From assembly GCA_039190745.1 (NCBI GenBank), contig JBCCXZ010000015.1:1-64000 (forward strand): DNA of 64,000 nt, written 5' to 3'. Source of the DNA: Planctomycetota bacterium. GTDB lineage: Bacteria; Planctomycetota; Planctomycetia; Pirellulales; Lacipirellulaceae. Below, piece by piece: positions 62,472 through 64,000 of the stretch. The translations under genes and the position numbers were made by a program. Positions within the stretch are counted from its first letter, which is position 1, and each line of letters starts with the position of its first letter. The notes under the pieces are model-generated. The model searched no databases and was not told the origin of the DNA. It saw nothing but the letters and a program-made list of their open reading frames with translations.

Positions 62472-63611
62472 CTAATGCTTGCGAGCGTCAATGGACCCCA
62501 GAGCAGAACGGACTTCCTGGAGCACGTACTCGTTAGTTTCAACGCCGAGCTTTGCCCTGAGCGCCTGCTCTGCGGTCTCCGAGCTCAATTGACCCAGCGC
62601 CCAAGCGGAAGCCCCGCTAACCAGGGGCTCTTCGTCTTGCAGGCCCTGTGACAACGCTAAAACCGCGTCGCCGTCCTGCTGATTTCCTAGCACAATCGCC
62701 GCGTTGCGTAGCAGCCCTCGCCGGTGGGGACGCCAGAGAGGCGTGTGGCGGAACCTCCGCCGGAAGTCGGATTCGTCGAGAAAGAAGAGCGCCCTCAGAT
62801 CGAATGGGCTGAATTCTTCAACCGCTTTGAAAGCCGCTTCTACCGTTGGCGGTGCGTCCCGATTCCACGGGCACACTTGTTGGCATACATCGCAACCAAA
62901 ACTCCACTCACCCATTGCTACTCGAAGGCCCTCGTCAATGGGCGATCGGTGCTCGATCGTCAGATAACTGATGCACCGCGAGGCGTCGAGGACATACGGC
63001 TCGGGGAACGCCCCCGTCGGGCAGGCTTCGAGGCAGGCCGTGCAGGAGCCGCAATGGTCTGCTTCAAAAGGCTGATCGTAGAGCAGCTCTTCGTCGGTGA
63101 GCACCGCGGCCAGGAAGAAGTAACTGCCTGTTCCCTTGTTGATGAGGAGCGTGTTCTTGCCGATCCAGCCGAGGCCGGCTAGTTGGGCGAACTCACGCTC
63201 CATAAGGGGCGCGGTGTCGACCACTCCCCGCGTCGTTGCTTCGGGTCGCAGCTCACGCAGATAGTCGCTGAGCTGATGCAGCCGGCGACGGAGCGTATCG
63301 TGGTAGTCCTCCGAACCGGTCGCGTAACGGGCGACCCGTCCCTTGCCGGCTTCGAGGCGTTCAGGTGCAGTTGGCTCGTAGTGCGCGGCCAGCATGACGA
63401 GGCTGCGGACGCCTTCCAAGACCCCGCTTGGGTGGCGGTAGGCGTCGCGGCGCTCACTGAGGTAAGACATGTCGCCTGCGTAGCCACGCGCCAGCCACTC
63501 GTCGAACCTGGAGCCCCCCGGCGGAGTTGTCGCCCGGCAAACGCCGACGTGGTCGAACCCCAACCGGCGTGCTTTTTCCTTGATTCGTGAGGTGATTTCC
63601 TCAGTTTTCAT
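62472..63611 (-). CDS. queG: Epoxyqueuosine reductase
   Basis: GYAGDMSYL, VARYA..DYH, VDTAPLMER..A..AGLGWIGKN, CGSCTACLEACPT, RCISYLTIE, GCDVCQQVCPWN. Confidence 0.96.
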   Translation of the reverse strand: MKTEEITSRIKEKARRLGFDHVGVCRATTPPGGSRFDEWLARGYAGDMSYLSERRDAYRHPSGVLEGVRSLVMLAAHYEPTAPERLEAGKGRVARYATGSEDYHDTLRRRLHQLSDYLRELRPEATTRGVVDTAPLMEREFAQLAGLGWIGKNTLLINKGTGSYFFLAAVLTDEELLYDQPFEADHCGSCTACLEACPTGAFPEPYVLDASRCISYLTIEHRSPIDEGLRVAMGEWSFGCDVCQQVCPWNRDAPPTVEAAFKAVEEFSPFDLRALFFLDESDFRRRFRHTPLWRPHRRGLLRNAAIVLGNQQDGDAVLALSQGLQDEEPLVSGASAWALGQLSSETAEQALRAKLGVETNEYVLQEVRSALGSIDARKH

Positions 63612-63732
63612 GCCATCTGTCGAGCTGTTCGGGGGGGTGGCTCCGCTCGGAGTTGAAGTCGGTCCAACCCGCAATTAGTGTGGAGATTGGCGTTGATCAC
63701 AACAGTGAAGCTCCGGACTCAGCGAGGCAACG

Positions 63733-64000
63733 ATGAAGCGACTACGTTTGGCCGCACTGCTCTTGGCGGCCCTCATGGGATCCGCCGCTTCGGGCGGCTC
63801 GGCAATGGCCCAGTATGGCGTTGGCAACTACGGGGCTGGTTTTGGATTCGGCTACGGCTTTGCCGATGTCGGGAACCTCTACCGCGTCCTGGCCCAGAAC
63901 GTGCCGTACTACGCGGCGTTCCCGCCGGTGTATTACAGTGTGCCGGTTGCCCGCACATACGGTTACAGCCCGTTCGCGTACCCCCCCGGGTTTACGACTC
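63733..64000 (+). CDS. Secreted Gly/Tyr/Pro-rich protein, 3'-truncated by window edge
   Basis: ATG 63733 after GAGG. MKRLRLAALLLAALMGSAASGGSAMAQYGVGNYGAGFGFGYGF...VPYYAAFPPVYYSVPVARTYGYSPFAYPPG, open to the window end. Confidence 0.75.
   Translation, partial: MKRLRLAALLLAALMGSAASGGSAMAQYGVGNYGAGFGFGYGFADVGNLYRVLAQNVPYYAAFPPVYYSVPVARTYGYSPFAYPPGFTT

Overview
High-GC bacterial chromosome segment, very likely from a planctomycete (Pirellulales-like). This is inferred from a DUF1559 prepilin-like gene, a PEP-CTERM gene, a Hanks-type Ser/Thr kinase and futalosine-pathway genes. There are about 50 protein-coding genes, mostly housekeeping: rluA-type synthase, maf, tkt, mqnA/mqnC plus an amidohydrolase, two ABC systems, aroA, a YdeP/FdhF-family oxidoreductase, a sigma54 activator, fabI, metH, plsC/cdsA-type lipid genes, a Dus-family synthase and queG. 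An exopolysaccharide locus spans about 47.3-56.3 kb and includes an O-antigen-ligase/WecB-TagA fusion. Two small accessory insertions stand out. (1) A marR / SRPBCC / YdeI-OmdA cassette (8.1-9.7 kb) is flanked by two copies of the same hairpin with a compensatory base change. (2) A low-GC FRG-domain gene bracketed by REP-like palindromes sits next to a ParD/ParE toxin-antitoxin pair; the toxin appears to start at CTG and is missing from the ORF track. Base composition becomes noticeably less GC-biased to the right of about 39 kb. I found no rRNA, tRNA, CRISPR array, transposase or integrase. All family assignments come from motif recognition by eye, not from database searches.
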